Below are positions 13,188 to 27,529 of a DNA stretch of 64,000 bases, in pieces; position 1 is the first letter of the stretch, and every line of letters starts with the position of its first letter. The DNA is from Eledone cirrhosa. Taxonomy: Eukaryota. The notes under the pieces are model-generated. The model was not told the DNA's origin, made no database searches, and was given only the letters and a program-made list of their open reading frames with translations. A program made the position numbers and the translations under genes. The stretch lies in NCBI GenBank assembly GCA_964016885.1, contig OZ024743.1, positions 108,562,001-108,626,000 on the forward strand, read 5' to 3'.

Positions 13188-16100
13188 AGTCGACGCGATC
13201 AGTCGCATATTTTGGCGTGGGAGACTATTTATTAAATTTAAGATGAATACTATCTCCGACAATAATGCCACAACTGCAGTCATGTTGAATAACTGGTTAT
13301 TCTTCTAACTATATCTGCTGAAGACACCTTTTATTCGAATTCGTAGAGATATCCGACTAAATACATAATTCATTTTACAAGGATTTGCCACAAACATCAT
13401 GGCTGAACACAACGTTATCATCAGAATTAAGGAAGTACCGAAGACAACCAACAAGAAAGGTAAACACACTTTATTCAGTTGTAGCTACAGAAGAAACCGA
13501 AATTATATAATTGGAGTTGCGAACTTAATAATGATTTATTAATTGTTATAAAATGGCAAAAAAACAATCCCTCCATTGGTTATATGAACAGAATGAAGCT
13601 ACACTGGAGCAAAATGCACCCAGAGCTAAATTATTTCACAGCAAAACAATTACGCCAACAAGCGACGTTTTTTTATCGTAAAAATAAGATAAATATTATT
13701 AATTGTAAGTCCCCCACAACAAACATGGAATCGACACACGTGCTACAGGTCGCCATGCTACTAGACTTCCTAGCAGCCAGCAGCGCCTTGAATCAACTAT
13801 GCCGGTGCGAAACTTGACACAACATGTACCATCTAAGTCTTCCTCGAATGCTGGGGAAAACACTATCGATAATAATAATAATCGATGAAATTATAATAAT
13901 AATCGAAGAAATTCGACACCACGTGTAGCATCCGAGTCTACCTCGACTGTTGTGGAAAATACTATCGATAATGATAATAATCAAAAGTATAAACAATTGA
14001 AAATTTCCCTCAACGAAATCTTCCAGAGAAAAATTAATTCATGTATAAATATCTCTCTTGCTGAACGTGTTAAAACGACAATGTTTAATAACGAAAAAAC
14101 AAATAATGAAATATTACGTGTTATTGACGAAATAGGAGATGAATATTTACGACGGATACAAATGCAAACATTTTGGCAAATCAACGCCTGTTTATATGCC
14201 TTAGCAACGACAGTGAAGCATTATCTTGGTGATAGCAGAGATATTAACAAGAACAGAACACCACCAAATATACCATCATATATAACTAAAATAGAAAAAA
14301 AGATTGCTGACCTACGAAAAACCATAGGATATATGACAATACTCCTTACATGCAAACAAACAAAAAAAAAACCCTCACTGCTCACCAACAAAGAGTGAAA
14401 TATGAAATAGAGACGCTGTGTGGTAACAGTAGAACCAGAAATCTTCAATATAAGCTGATCACCCTCAAACAAGAATTGAGAGCTGTTAGCGAAAAACGCC
14501 GAAACCTGAAGAAGGTAGATGAGAGAAAAGTGCGTAATAAAATATTCAAACGAAACCAAACATCAGTCTATAGAGATATGAAGAACAAAATAATAAATGT
14601 CATTGAGGCCCCATCCCAGAAAGACATAGATTCCTTTTGGAGAAAAACATGGGGTGAAAAGAAGAATTTCAACCAAGATGCAGTGTGACTAAGAGAAATC
14701 CGAAAGAATTATTGCTCCTACACTACAACAAAAACATACGAAATAAGTGAGGGTACCCTTGAGACAGTGAAAGGAAAACTCCAAGATAAGAAAACACCAG
14801 GAAGAGACAAGATTGTCGGCTACTGGTACAACAAACTGATTTTCTATCGGACGTATGTTACTGACCTCTACCAACAAGTTATTAAGGGAGATACACTTAT
14901 ACCAGAATGGTTGACATTAGCACAAACATTACTGGTCCCCAAGAACAAAGACACCCACTTGGCATAAAACTATCGACCCATTGCATGCCAGAACCTGATG
15001 TATAAGATGTATACAGCCTGCCTGAACCTATTCCTCCAAGATCACTGTGAAAATAATAACATCATCACAGATGAACAAGCAGCTGGAAAGAAAGGGGTTG
15101 GGGATGTGCTGAACAACTCCTAATCAACAAAAGTGCGATGTCGGATGTGCGACAACTTAGGAGGAATATGGCTACAGTCTGGCTGGATTACAGGAAAGTT
15201 TTCTATTCAGTTCCCCACTCTTGGATGATAGAGGCCCTCCAACTTACTAAAGTCCCAGACATTATTGTCAGAACCGTAGAGAGGCTGTCTTCTTCCTGGG
15301 CTACTATCCAAGGGTTAAATACAGAGAGGGAGGACTCTATTTTCACTGATAAAATAAAATATTGCAGGGGTATATTTCAGAGGAACAGTCTCTCTGTGAT
15401 ATTATTCCTTTTGTCATTAAACCCCTTATCCTTTCTGCTAAAGAAATGTGAGGGATACATCATTGGCTCACAGGAGGACAGAAATACGAACCTAACCCAT
15501 AATTTCTTTGTGGACGATCTGAAACTCTATGCCAAGAACATGGATGGGATGAAGAAAAATCTTGACCTGGTTACAACGTTCTCAAAGGATATAGGAATGG
15601 AGTTTGGCCAAGATGTTTGCTCATACATGACTGTAAAGCGGGGAAAAACAACAACCCAATCTAGCAACATTGTCATCAATTGCCTAACTGTTTCACCGAT
15701 ATCTGATGAGGACTGCTACAGATACATGGAGATAGATGAGAACAATTTCTATAATTGTATCTGTAATAAAGAACGCGTAACCAGGGAATACTACACCCGA
15801 TTAAGAAAGATCTGGTCATAGGAACTCTCTGCGCAAAACAAAACAGTGGCTCACAATGTATTTGCTGTGTCTGTCCTAACACCAACGTTTGGAATACTCA
15901 AATTGACGATAGACAAAATCCGAGCCGTTGATGTTGGAACTCGAAAAATACTAAATAACACCGGAAACTTCCACATCAACAGTGACATAGACCGCCTTTA
16001 CTTGAAACATAAGCAGGGAGACAGAGGCCTAACATCAGTACAGACAACATTTGAATGTTGCATCATATCTCCCCGACAACATCTACGAACCTCGAAGCGT

Positions 16101-17308
16101 AGGAGCTCTTTTCTTGAGCAAGTCTATCTGCATGAAACAGATAAGATCATGAGAGTTGGGAAGGAACGCCTCGAGAGATATTCCTTGTGTGATAATCAAA
16201 ATCTCACACCCAGGGAAGTCGCTCAGCAATATCGCAGTGAATCCATGAATGAAAAACTGCATAATTATCAGCAAAAAATCATGCATGGGTATGTTGCCAG
16301 GAATCTCCAGATTGAAAGTAATATAGATAAGGAAAGTAGTCTATCTTGGACCAACAACTGCTATATTGGCTTCCACTTTGAAGGATACACTTTTGCAATC
16401 AAAGAACAGGAGATTAACACGAAATACCTGATTCACAAAAGAGATAGGGGATGCAGGCAAAACTCCTAGATTTGATAACAAGTACAGACTCTGCAGAACT
16501 AACATCGAGGATATCACCTATGTCATCAGCAGCTGTCAAAAGATGTCATCGCGGTACTATCTACCTATGAGACATGATGTAGTGGCCAAAACACTGTTCA
16601 ATGCAGTTCGTAAAAAAGATAGCCCGATAATAAACACATTAAAATCTACAGCAATGTGGACGACATCTATGTACATAATATGAAAGAGTACTGGTGGAAT
16701 GTTCCAGTAAAAACACCAATAAAATGCAGGCATAACAGACCAGATATTATGATATGGGACAGGGAGAAAAAAAGCATGCACAGTAGTGGAAATTAGCTGC
16801 CCAGCAGATGCCAATATAATATCATATATTAGCGAAAAGGAGAATATTTATGCTGAACTAATGATATATCTGCAGACACTCCACGCTGAGTCTACCTTCA
16901 GATTGATGCCTGTGATTATTGGGGCTCTGGGATGTGTTAGTAACTGCCATCGTACGAATCTTGAGAAGCTGGGCTTCACAGAACCAGAAGGAACACGACA
17001 AGTTAAGAAATTACAATCCTTTAATGGAACAGTAAAAATATGTAAAAAATTAAAAAACATGTTCATCTAATAATTGCATATACACTTGTAGAGATACAAA
17101 GCATATGCACATGTACCTATACGACTCAAAACATCTACATCCACACATACAATAACATCCATACCTGCACACACATGTATGCAGATATGTATATATCTAC
17201 CTCGTTGATATTGTGTAAATTCCAATGAGAGGGTCTTGTAACTATGTTAGAAGCCGACTCTCTCTCTATTGGCAAACATTTGTGAAATTATAAAACTAGA
17301 AGAACATA
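13188..17308 (+). mobile_element. Near-full-length, frameshifted R4/Dong-like non-LTR retrotransposon (RT + zinc knuckle + restriction-like endonuclease) inserted in a (TACA)n tract
   Basis: RT motifs span several broken ORFs: KTPGRDKI, NYRPIACQNLMYK, WLDYRKVFYSVPH, RGIFQRNSLS, FVDDLKLY. The C-terminus has RLCR..EDITYVISSC, RHD, RPDIMIWD and EISCP. (CATA)n lies at 13103-13185 and ACATACAT at the 3' end. Confidence 0.88.
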
Positions 17309-17742
17309 ATACATACATGCGCCGAAACATCTGGATCTCGGTTTTACAGCTGATGAAAACATTTTTTTCTTCTCTTGTTTCGTTCATACTACCATTTTAA
17401 ACGTTGTTTACAGTAACCACACTCAGTAACCACGCTCCTTTCGTTACATAAATCTATATACATAATTTTGGAATGTTAACGTCAAGTTACTGTTGATTCA
17501 CCAAAGTGAGCCCTCGATGCGTAGTTTCCTTTATGTACTTTGGGATTATACTAAGCAGAGTGCAATATTAATAATAAGTATGGACGAAATGTCAAATCTT
17601 CATTAAGTTTATTTAGGTTCGAAACGTTTCACGATTGATCAGCTCAAGATTCGATAACTAACGTTCGGGCCCGATTCTGGAATCAAAAGCTCATCATAAT
17701 TCTGTCTGCTTTATCTTATACACGCACACACACACACACACA

Positions 17743-17797
<55 letters not shown>

Positions 17798-18029
17798 ATA
17801 CGCGCGCATACACACATACACACACACACACACACGCACACACACACACACACACACGCATATATATATATATATATATATATATGTATTAGTAAAAAGG
17901 AAAAGAAAATGCTGACCCATTTTTCCCAGTGAAAAATAATTTAATTAGGAATAAGTATAAATTAGTAATAAGTATTGGTTAGTATTCAGTTTTAGTTTTA
18001 AGTTTTTACCGGTTGCGCATTTCTAATGG

Positions 18030-18110
18030 TTTTGAAAAATAATTTTGAGATAAAGCGCTCGTGATGTTTGAAACATCACGAGCGGTCTATCTCAAAATTA
18101 TTTTTCAAAA
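18030..18110. repeat. Palindrome (40-bp arms, 1-nt loop, 2 mismatches) at the end of an element related to 12430-12670
   Basis: Direct reading of the arms. The upstream region 17890-18060 aligns by eye with 12440-12625. Confidence 0.9.
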
Positions 18111-18131
18111 TGATGTTATATATATACATAT

Positions 18132-18166
<35 letters not shown>

Positions 18167-18221
18167 AATATATATATATATAAATATATATATATATATT
18201 GATATATATATATATATATAT

Positions 18222-18269
<48 letters not shown>

Positions 18270-19239
18270 ATATACATATGTATATACATATGTATATATA
18301 TATATATATATATACATAGGTATATATATATATATATATATATATTTGTGTGTGCGCGTGTGCTTGTCTATTACTGTGTTATGTGTATGTGTGTGCGTGT
18401 GTCTTAGTGTATGTGTGTGTTTGATGCGCCTGAGAATACTTAGAAATCATTTTAAGGGATGAAATTTAATCAGAAAAATTAACAAAATTTAAAAAAGAAA
18501 TGTCAAAAATAACATTGGCAAGCATTAAAACTATCTTACTTGGTAGTGGTACTGAAGAAACAACCAAGCAGACTATTTCTATATTTTTTTCTCTGAAGAA
18601 CGTGTAAATTTGAATGAATATGGAGGATACTTTTCTATAAATCATTGTTCGTAAACATTCGAGGTTTCCAACAATTGGAGCAGTAGCTTTTAGACATGTG
18701 CTGGAACTGTTATTTAGGTTGCAATGCGAGCCATACCATTAAGTCTGCGATCAGAGATACCCTTATGCATGACATTAACTCGCTGACTTCTATTGAATGG
18801 CTCAATGGTTCATGTCAACACGGTTAGTAGAGCTTTCAAAACACGTTCAATCGTAAGTAATACTATACATAGTTGTATATGAAAACATATATAATACGGT
18901 TATATAAAATAAACATATGTGAAGCCTCGATGCCGAAGAAAAAAAGTTTTTTCGCAACTAAAGGAAAAAAGTAAAAAAATATTTTTCTACATTTTCCTTT
19001 ATACCAGAGTGTTGGCAGGATGTTGTGAGAATGTCAAAATCCACTGATTCAAGATTTGTAAAACTCTCATCAGTAATACTCACTCAAAACGGACTGCGTG
19101 ATGTTCACATGTTAGTTGAAGTAAAATACATATATTTTAGAGTGTAGTCGCCCCAGTGCAGATAAATATATTAATAGCCGATCACTGTTTATAATGTTTG
19201 AACAAATCACACAAATACGTTAAATCAAACACTTGGTTG

Positions 19240-19396
<157 letters not shown>

Positions 19397-19430
19397 ATGT
19401 GTGTGTGCGTGTGAGTGTATTAATGTAGAA

Positions 19431-19494
<64 letters not shown>

Positions 19495-20100
19495 TTGTAT
19501 GTAGATATATTGTCGAGAATAAAAGCATCTCTGCCAATGCAGTCGTACTGAAATATAAAATATACCATTCTAATGACACGTACACATCATGGACACATAC
19601 AATATCGTGCATAAGTTACATGCACATGCTATTAAAGTACGTTAATGCACCTTTTCTTCTAGAACGATAATTTCCGGAGAGGTGGCCAAAAATTAATGAG
19701 GCGTGAAGACGTGGTGAATTCATTACATTCCCGAGACCAAACGCCGGTAGTTATTTTACCTGAACAGTCGAATGAATGTATCCGGACACGTTAGAGGCAA
19801 CACGACTACACAACCTTCGTTTAACATTTCCTCGAATCAGTAGGTGTCACTGCCCACGTTATCCATACATACATATATAAAAACTTACATACACAATGGC
19901 TGCCTCCTCCTTATCTAGTATAACCATTGCACGAAAAAAGGCCCCTAAAAATAATATAATATTAATAATAGAAGAAAAAAGTATATATTTATATGCTTGA
20001 CATCCACGATGAGTAGCATCTCCAGCAGAAGCCTGGTAGTCAACCATTGGTTTCACTTTATGACTGCGAAGATACATACATGCATACATACATAGATACA

Positions 20101-21277
20101 CGGGGGCTGCCAACTCGTTTTCGAGTACGGCCACTACTTTATATCCATGTAGGAGAACCACCACCGATGCGCTGAACGTGTGTGACTTTTTAGTCCAGCC
20201 AGCGACTTGAAAACTCTGGTACAAACACTACACTTGTGACAATTATTGACTCATGGTGCTTTTATAGTGAGAAAAGGCACTGCACAAAGCCAGCCCCACT
20301 ATCTTAACCAAGATGATATTTACCAAAAAGAATAACAAGTCAACATCATTGGATACCATCAGGGTTGCAGGTGTTATATCAGAGTTTTCCTTCTCCTAGA
20401 ATTCTGCCTAGACAAAGGCTAAGGGCTCATCTCTCCCGGTGATTTTGGATGGCCATTGACACTTAAGAGCTCCTTTGCCCTTTTACCTTTGAGAGGTTTT
20501 GTATTTAGTCCTGCAGGATGTCCAAAGTCACCCTCCTCACCAAGAAACCTTCGTGGGGTTGCCAGTTTAGTCGCCAACGACCCGACCATGAGACAGGTTG
20601 TACTGGGATACATGTTACCAGTAGCACCAACTGGTGACTGACCATACATACATACATACATACATACATACATGGTGGCTGCCAACTCGTTTTCGAGTAC
20701 GGCCACTACTTTATATCCATGTAGGAGAACCCCTACCGATGCGCTGAACGAATGTGACTTTTTAGTCCAGCCAGCGACTTGAAAACTCTGGTACAAAGAC
20801 TACACTTGTGACCATTATTGACACATAGTGCAGGGCCCATGGTACCATGTGATGACAAGTGCAGAGAGATCTCCAGATATAAAGCAATGCCTGTGCTGTG
20901 AAGCTTTTATAGTGAGCAAAGGCACTGCACAAAGCCAGTCCCACTCTCTTAACCAAGATGATATTTACCAAAAAGAAGAACAAGTCAACATCATTGGATA
21001 CCATCAGGGTTGCAGGTGTTATATCAGAGTTTTCCTTCTCCTAGAATTCTGCCTTGACAAAGGCTAAGGGGTCATCTCTCCCGGTGATTTTGGATGGCTA
21101 TTGAGTCTTAAGAGCTCCCTTGCCCTTTGACAGGTTTTGTTTTTAGTCCTGCAGGATGTCCAAAGTCACCCTCCTCACCAAGAAACCTTGGTGGGGTTGC
21201 CAGTTTAGTCGCCAACGACCCGACCATGAGACAGGTTGTACTGGGATACATGTTACCAGTAGCACCAACTGGTGACC
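20101..21277 (-). mobile_element. Two tandem bipartite non-autonomous RTE-derived elements (about 20101-20640 and 20672-21277), separated and flanked by (TACA)n
   Basis: Near-identical units of about 540-600 bp. The 5' part contains the RTE 5'-region motif GGAGAAGGAAAACTCTGA. The 3' part encodes a decayed C2H2 finger ([17 protein letters not shown]) followed by a (TGTA)n tail. No RT lies between them. Confidence 0.75.
20561..20617 (-). ncRNA. Candidate degenerate HDV-like ribozyme at the 5' end of the RTE-derived element (second copy at 21199-21255)
   Basis: Minus strand reads TAACATG(P1)-TAT-CCCAGT(P2)-ACA(P3)-ACCTG(L3)-TCT-CATGGTC(P1')-GGG-TCG TTGG CGA(P4)-CTAA-ACTGGC(P2'). The order fits the HDV double pseudoknot, with a few mismatches in P1-P3. 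Confidence 0.45.
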
Positions 21278-21302
21278 TGACATACATACATACATACATA
21301 CA

Positions 21303-21333
<31 letters not shown>

Positions 21334-22865
21334 GTACGTACATATATATATATATCATTCATGTAGGATGGTTTAACTAACGAGCTGATGCAGTCATTCC
21401 GATTAGCAGATCGTGATGCAATAATCAAAAACGCTCAACATATGCGTATTATCCATCATAGAAGAGGGATCTCATGGTTGGTGCAGTTAAATGCTTCAAT
21501 GATAAAAGCAGGTCGAATTTCAAATATTCATTTAATGTTGCAAAGTCATGATACGTATTTCCATGGGCGTCTTCACGAGAAATTCACATAAATTATTATT
21601 ACTGGCCGGAATTTGTCGCTGTCAAATAAGTCCCCACCCTGGTCCCACATACGAACCCACAATGCTTAGCATTGTCAAATGTGTTGCATCCGGAGAGAAT
21701 CTGTCACTGAGATCACATAGACCAATGGACGGCCTCCGTACGAATTCTTTGATTATGTTTTTGCTGTAATCCAATAAATGATTACTTAAACTTTATTTCC
21801 ATTATGTGAATTACACCTGAAGACCTCACCGCATGTATTGCACCATAATCTGATTAAATTGATCTATCGGCCATAGAAATGCGTATCGAGAGTTTGCACG
21901 ATTAAAGAATATTCGGAATTCGGAATTACTTCTTCAGAAACATTCCTATAGAAATTGATGCATGATGAAAAACAATGCAAATATATGTTAGATATTGTTG
22001 AATCAATATCCCGCGACTTTTCTCCTAGATCTGTTCTAGTCACACCTCGTTAAACTAAGAGGGAGACCGAAGAATGTACTCAGCGAGGACATTTTAAACC
22101 CACCGAAAAGCCATGTTGGACACACAGTCGGTTTGACGTAGAGTGTATTTGGGGGAGAGGGGGAGAAGAAAAAAAGCTAGCAATAATCTATACAAAAATA
22201 ACGGTCGACTGCCACCCATCTTATCTTTATACGCAACAATTGGCCACGGTATTTATAACCTCATTATGGACCAGTTGCACTAATAGATCTAGTTGATTGC
22301 AACATTCTCCTACTAATCTTCGGGTCAGTTACACTGACGGGACCTACACGAGGACAGCATTCTCCTACATACCCAACATGTTTCACTGACAGGTAAACTT
22401 GACAGGCAACATTTCGTACCTATCTTTAAACACAAAATTGCGATAATGTCGTTTGTAACTAAATAATTAATTGTAGAAGTTTCACTAACCTAATTATAAC
22501 ATCCAACAATTGTTCCTCAAACATAAAATGTTTTTCATAACCAGATCCTTAAACCAGTTATTCTGAAACGTGATATATTTCAGACAAATATATCATTGAA
22601 GTTAGACATCATAATGGGATAAAAAGCAAAGACTTTTTCACTTGGTTGTTATTTTTGTTTTTTGTTTCTTTTTATTTGATTCAATGAACGAAATAGCATC
22701 GTACATGAAAGTGTCAAAGATATACAGCCGCCTACACATAATTACAAATAAATGCATGCATTTATATATGAATATATGTATATATATGACCCTCCCCAAG
22801 TATAACAGTATTTGTTTCGACACACGATTTCATATCAAAAACCTCGCAAAACTAATTCATCGCCG

Positions 22866-22918
<53 letters not shown>

Positions 22919-22958
22919 TAGATAGAGAGAGAGAGAGAGATAGTGAGAGAGAGAGAGA

Positions 22959-23104
22959 GGTAAAATTCCGTTATAACGAATACTATTATAACGAATGTTT
23001 TTCAATCCCCAGCCACACAGTCGACATTTTAGGTCAATCTCGTTAAGAATTTTTCGTTACAACGATTTATTTTTATATCCCGTGAATTTCGTTATAACAG
23101 AATT

Positions 23105-23110
<6 letters not shown>
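22959..23110. mobile_element. Tc1/mariner (pogo/Tigger-like) MITE in (TA)n/(GA)n
   Basis: Terminal inverted repeats GTAAAATTCCGTTATAACGAA / TTCGTTATAACAGAATTTCAC. Confidence 0.65.
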
Positions 23111-23184
<74 letters not shown>

Positions 23185-23558
23185 CAGAGAAATATACTTA
23201 CTTAGAAGACGAAACAAGTTGTATAGAACAGACATAACTTCGGCCATTTCCCCAATCACTCGATGGACAACTAATTTCAAAATATAAAAATTCGAACTAA
23301 GTTTGCCAGTGTGCAGGCTTTCATTAATCACTAATGAACATGGTTTTGCACCGAGAAAGTTTCCCTCCAAGGTACAAGCCAAGGCAAAGTTTGTTTGTGG
23401 GGGACCAGTAACGTCGCAACTCATTTGTACAGCTCAGTGAACTGGAGCAACGTAAGATAAAGAGAATCGTAAGATAAAGAGATTCGAACTCACAAACTTT
23501 CAGTTGAAAACCCAACGCTCCAACTACCAAGTCATGCAACTTCACCCTCCCTCCACCC

Positions 23559-23626
<68 letters not shown>

Positions 23627-23821
23627 ACACATAGATACATACATGCTTATTTATGAATTTATTCAACAATGTAAATTGAGGTGTGTGAATACGTTCATAT
23701 GTTTAGTTATACGATGAAATCTATCTGGTTTCTCTGCTGAAGGTCACTAATATATGTGATTATGTTATTTTACGATGTGCTTCAGGTTTTAATACATTTT
23801 TCAATCATTGTCTTCTTTCAG

Positions 23822-23928
23822 TGCTTGACTTCCAGTGCTTAGCAACCTGGAACAATGGAGATCAAATGCTATATGGAAAGTTTACTGGAGATTCATTGAG
23901 TGCTGATCAAAACATGTACCGTTGTATG
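23822..23928 (+). CDS. Internal exon B of the same gene (VLDFQCLATWNNGDQMLYGKFTGDSLSADQNMYRCM)
   Basis: Acceptor tcttctttcAG ends at 23821 and donor ATG|GTAAGT starts at 23929. The phase-1 start completes GTG with exon A. CLATW..G and YRC motifs are present. Confidence 0.9.
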
Positions 23929-24320
23929 GTAAGTAAGAATAGATATAGCTCCTCACATGACATATTCTTTGCCACTCTCCCTTTCTCTGTCCTTTCGTCT
24001 CTTTTCTTTTCTCTCAACGTCTATCTTATTTATCCACAACCACTCTCTCTCTCTTTCCTTCTCCACTGCTCTCTCCCTACTCTGCGTCCCCTTCGCTCAC
24101 TCAGTTATTTATTTATTGTGTATATGATGACGTCTATGTTAGAAATAGATATTTATGTATACGTGTGTGTGTGTGCGTGTATTAACAAGCAAATGTATAA
24201 TATACATAGATGCATGCACGTGCATGTATGCGCACGTGTGTCTTTTTTCTGAGTGTAGTTAGAGCACGATAATAGAAAGAAAACATTTACATATCAAATG
24301 TAGTCTTTAATATTTTGTGA

Positions 24321-24371
<51 letters not shown>

Positions 24372-26886
24372 TAGGGCTGCACAGGCCGGTATATACGTAC
24401 ACATGTATAAGTACTTTATACACATATATATTTATATATTATTATATATGCATGTATGTACATGTATATGTATGTAGAACAAAGGGCGGCCTACACATTA
24501 TCTCAGGTAGTTACTTAATTAAACCGAGACAGCGACGCAGGTGGGATTCATTCATATTCATCTTATTTATATTTCTTTTCTTTTCAATTTGTTTTTCATG
24601 TGTTCATTGTTGTTTAGTCAATTGTGACTACATAGATCAATGATCAATGGCTATGTTGCCTGTTGCCGTGACTGCCTAGATCTCTGATCAAAGGCCTTGT
24701 TGCCGTAACTGCGCAGACCTCTGATCAAAGGCCTTGTTACTGTGACCCTCCTTCGCTCTATATAATACATTCTACGTTGTCGTTTGAATCTTTCCATTTC
24801 TCCGGTTAAAAAAATATAAGTGTAATTTGAATGAATTATACTGTAATTTGTAGCATCTCGAACAAAGATGTATTGCTTCCCTTATTGACCCTCGTTTATA
24901 ATTTAATGCGATTTCGTATTTATAATACTGGTTGGCATCCAAAGGTTTTAAGCGCATACCATTCTACAGCATTGCACCCCTTCAGTTTATATTTTATAGG
25001 TCTTTTACCATATTTCTAATGAAAATCTCCTTTTATGGTTTTCAAATAATTTTGAAAGTAATCAAGGAAGTTAGTATTATAATCAATATTTGTGTTATTA
25101 GTTTGGAGTTTCGAGCATAATTTGTTTAATAAAATTACGAAAGAAAGTGTTATGATATATGATCACTTTAATACAACCAGATTTGTGTTGCAGAACAAAA
25201 AGCAGTTTCAGGTGGCTTAGTATGAAAAGGGGTTAAATGGTATTCTACTGTGTTTTATTTTTATAAGTTTCAATTTCCATTGTATACATTTGTTATATTT
25301 ATTAGATTTTTGCCATGTAATATTCTATTCTCTAGATAACATAGATTGCGAAGATAGTGAAAGCATTTCAATTACGAATCTATTGTTTGGCATTTACATT
25401 TGAAGTGTGTTGTGGTCATATTTGAATTTCGTCAGAATTGAAGTGGATGAAATAATGAGAAATAATATAGCACAAGGAATAAGTGAATGTAACCGTTTCT
25501 TGCACAAATATTATATTCACTGCCTGCAAACACATCGCGAAGTGTGAGTGGCACTAGGAATTACTAGAGCTCGTCACCTCATTTTAGATGCTGCATCCTC
25601 AAATTTTGAAAAAAATTACGATTATACGCTTATCCCGATCTCTGCCATATAATTACTGTGAATTAGAGTATCCACCCAGAATGTTCGGCGTTCCAACCCC
25701 ACCCAGCCGAGAGGCAAAACCTTACGGTTGGTTTCTTTCCTCATTAAAAGTCACCAAAAGATATGTTTGTTTAAGTGGAAAGATTTGAAGAATTGTTAAA
25801 CTGTTAGAAGTTCCAGAAGTCAAATGCTTTACTATAGCTGTTGAATCGATTTTGCTTCATCTCAAACATTACAACAGGGAGAATTAGTCACATGACGGAG
25901 AATTGAATGTGGGTGTGTATATGACGAAAGTTGAACCCACGTTGTGGCTACTTTACCCGCACTGCCTTATATTATTAACTTTTGAGTTTGACACATTCTG
26001 TTTACGAATGTGCTTAATCTAAAAGGTGTGTATATGTATATAATTATATATTGTCTTAGTTAAACACCAGAACAAGAATGACTCCTATAATAGGGACATT
26101 TTATCTCTCCTTTCTTCTCTCTCTCTTCTACTCCTCTCACATACTTAATATAGCATCGCGTGCTCTCATTGATGCCATATATGTATTCATTTTTAATGTG
26201 TGTGTCTGAATATAAATAACCATAATATATTTTGCCAATCACTTTATATACTAGTTGAGAAAATCGGGTAAACCACCCCGGAAGTTTGAAAAAAAACAAC
26301 AACCCAAAACCGACTGAAGTATTGAACGCATGTGTGCCTGTATTGTAAAATCTTTACTTAAATAGATATGTGTAAATCGTTCTATCCATTATAATATGTA
26401 AAATGTTAATTAAAAGTTCTGTTCATTTCCCTAATATCAGCAAGAACAATTAATTTTAATTCTCAAGACAAGTATCAGAGAGACAGAGAAATGTAGCGAC
26501 ATAGTTGATTTAAGAGAGAATACGTGATGGAATTATTAGTAGTCCTTTGCATTAGTGGTGGTGGTAGTATTACTGCTGCTGCTGCTGCTACTACTACTAC
26601 TGGTAGTAGTAGCAGTAGTAGTAGTAGTAGTAGTAGTAGCGGTGGTGATGGTAGCAGTAGTGGCGGTGATGGTAGTAGTGGTGGTGGTGATGGTAGTAGT
26701 AGGAGGAGGAGTGGACGAGTTAGTGCCAGATATCGGGCGTTATTATATACAATGATATACAAATGTATGGAAAGTTTGAAAATGTTTGAGTGGCCATGTG
26801 GTTCTTTAGCAAAGTTGACGACATCTAGCTTCAGATCGTATCAATTGTATTGAGAGAGATTGAAAAAGAGCCGTGTCAGTTGTATT

Positions 26887-26921
<35 letters not shown>

Positions 26922-27478
26922 GAGAGAACCGTATCAATTGTATTGAGAGAGACAGGGAGGGAGAGAGAGAATTGATTCAGTAGCTGCGTGGAAACACCTG
27001 AGACCCTACATATAACAATGAGACAAGCTGGAAACGTATTGTTCTATGTTGTCGCCAATCGACTTGGTTCTGCTTGTACGTAGATAACTGATTATTTTAA
27101 GCTCGGTGAGAATCGTGGAAGTATTGTTATTGTTTGGCTTGTTGTTTGTTTGTTTGTTTGCTTGCTTCCTCGTTTGTTGTTGTTGGTGGTGGTGGTGGTG
27201 GTGGTAGTGTTAATGTCAGTGGCAGAAACAATCGATGATAAGAAAAAAAAGAGAGAAGTACAAAGACCAGTTCAGAGAAAGATATAGAGGCAAAGAGATG
27301 TGGACAATAGACAAATATAGAGATATAGAAAGTATTAAAGTTGATGATGATAGTTGATTTAATGCTATTAATGCGGAGTAGGAACCATTTATGATACAAG
27401 GAGACAGATTTAGCAGAAGGGAGAGTTGGAAAGAAAGAGAACTATATTCGATATATATATTGTTTGTAATGTATGTAC

Positions 27479-27529
<51 letters not shown>

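Noticed and set aside
13188-13400. HDV-like or hammerhead ribozyme in the R4-like 5' UTR (hairpins and a CTGAAGA at about 13318)
   Set aside because: I could not assemble a consistent pseudoknot or GAAA partner by eye. A motif search is needed.
17628-17700. Minus-strand ATGATGA-hairpin-GAAACGTT
   Set aside because: There are 11 extra nt between the hairpin and GAAA, C3 is missing and there is no stem I.
26524-26853. Gly/Ser-rich 109-aa ORF resembling a secreted protein
   Set aside because: It derives from (TAG/TGG/CTG)n trinucleotide repeats in an intron, and exons B and C already join in frame without it.
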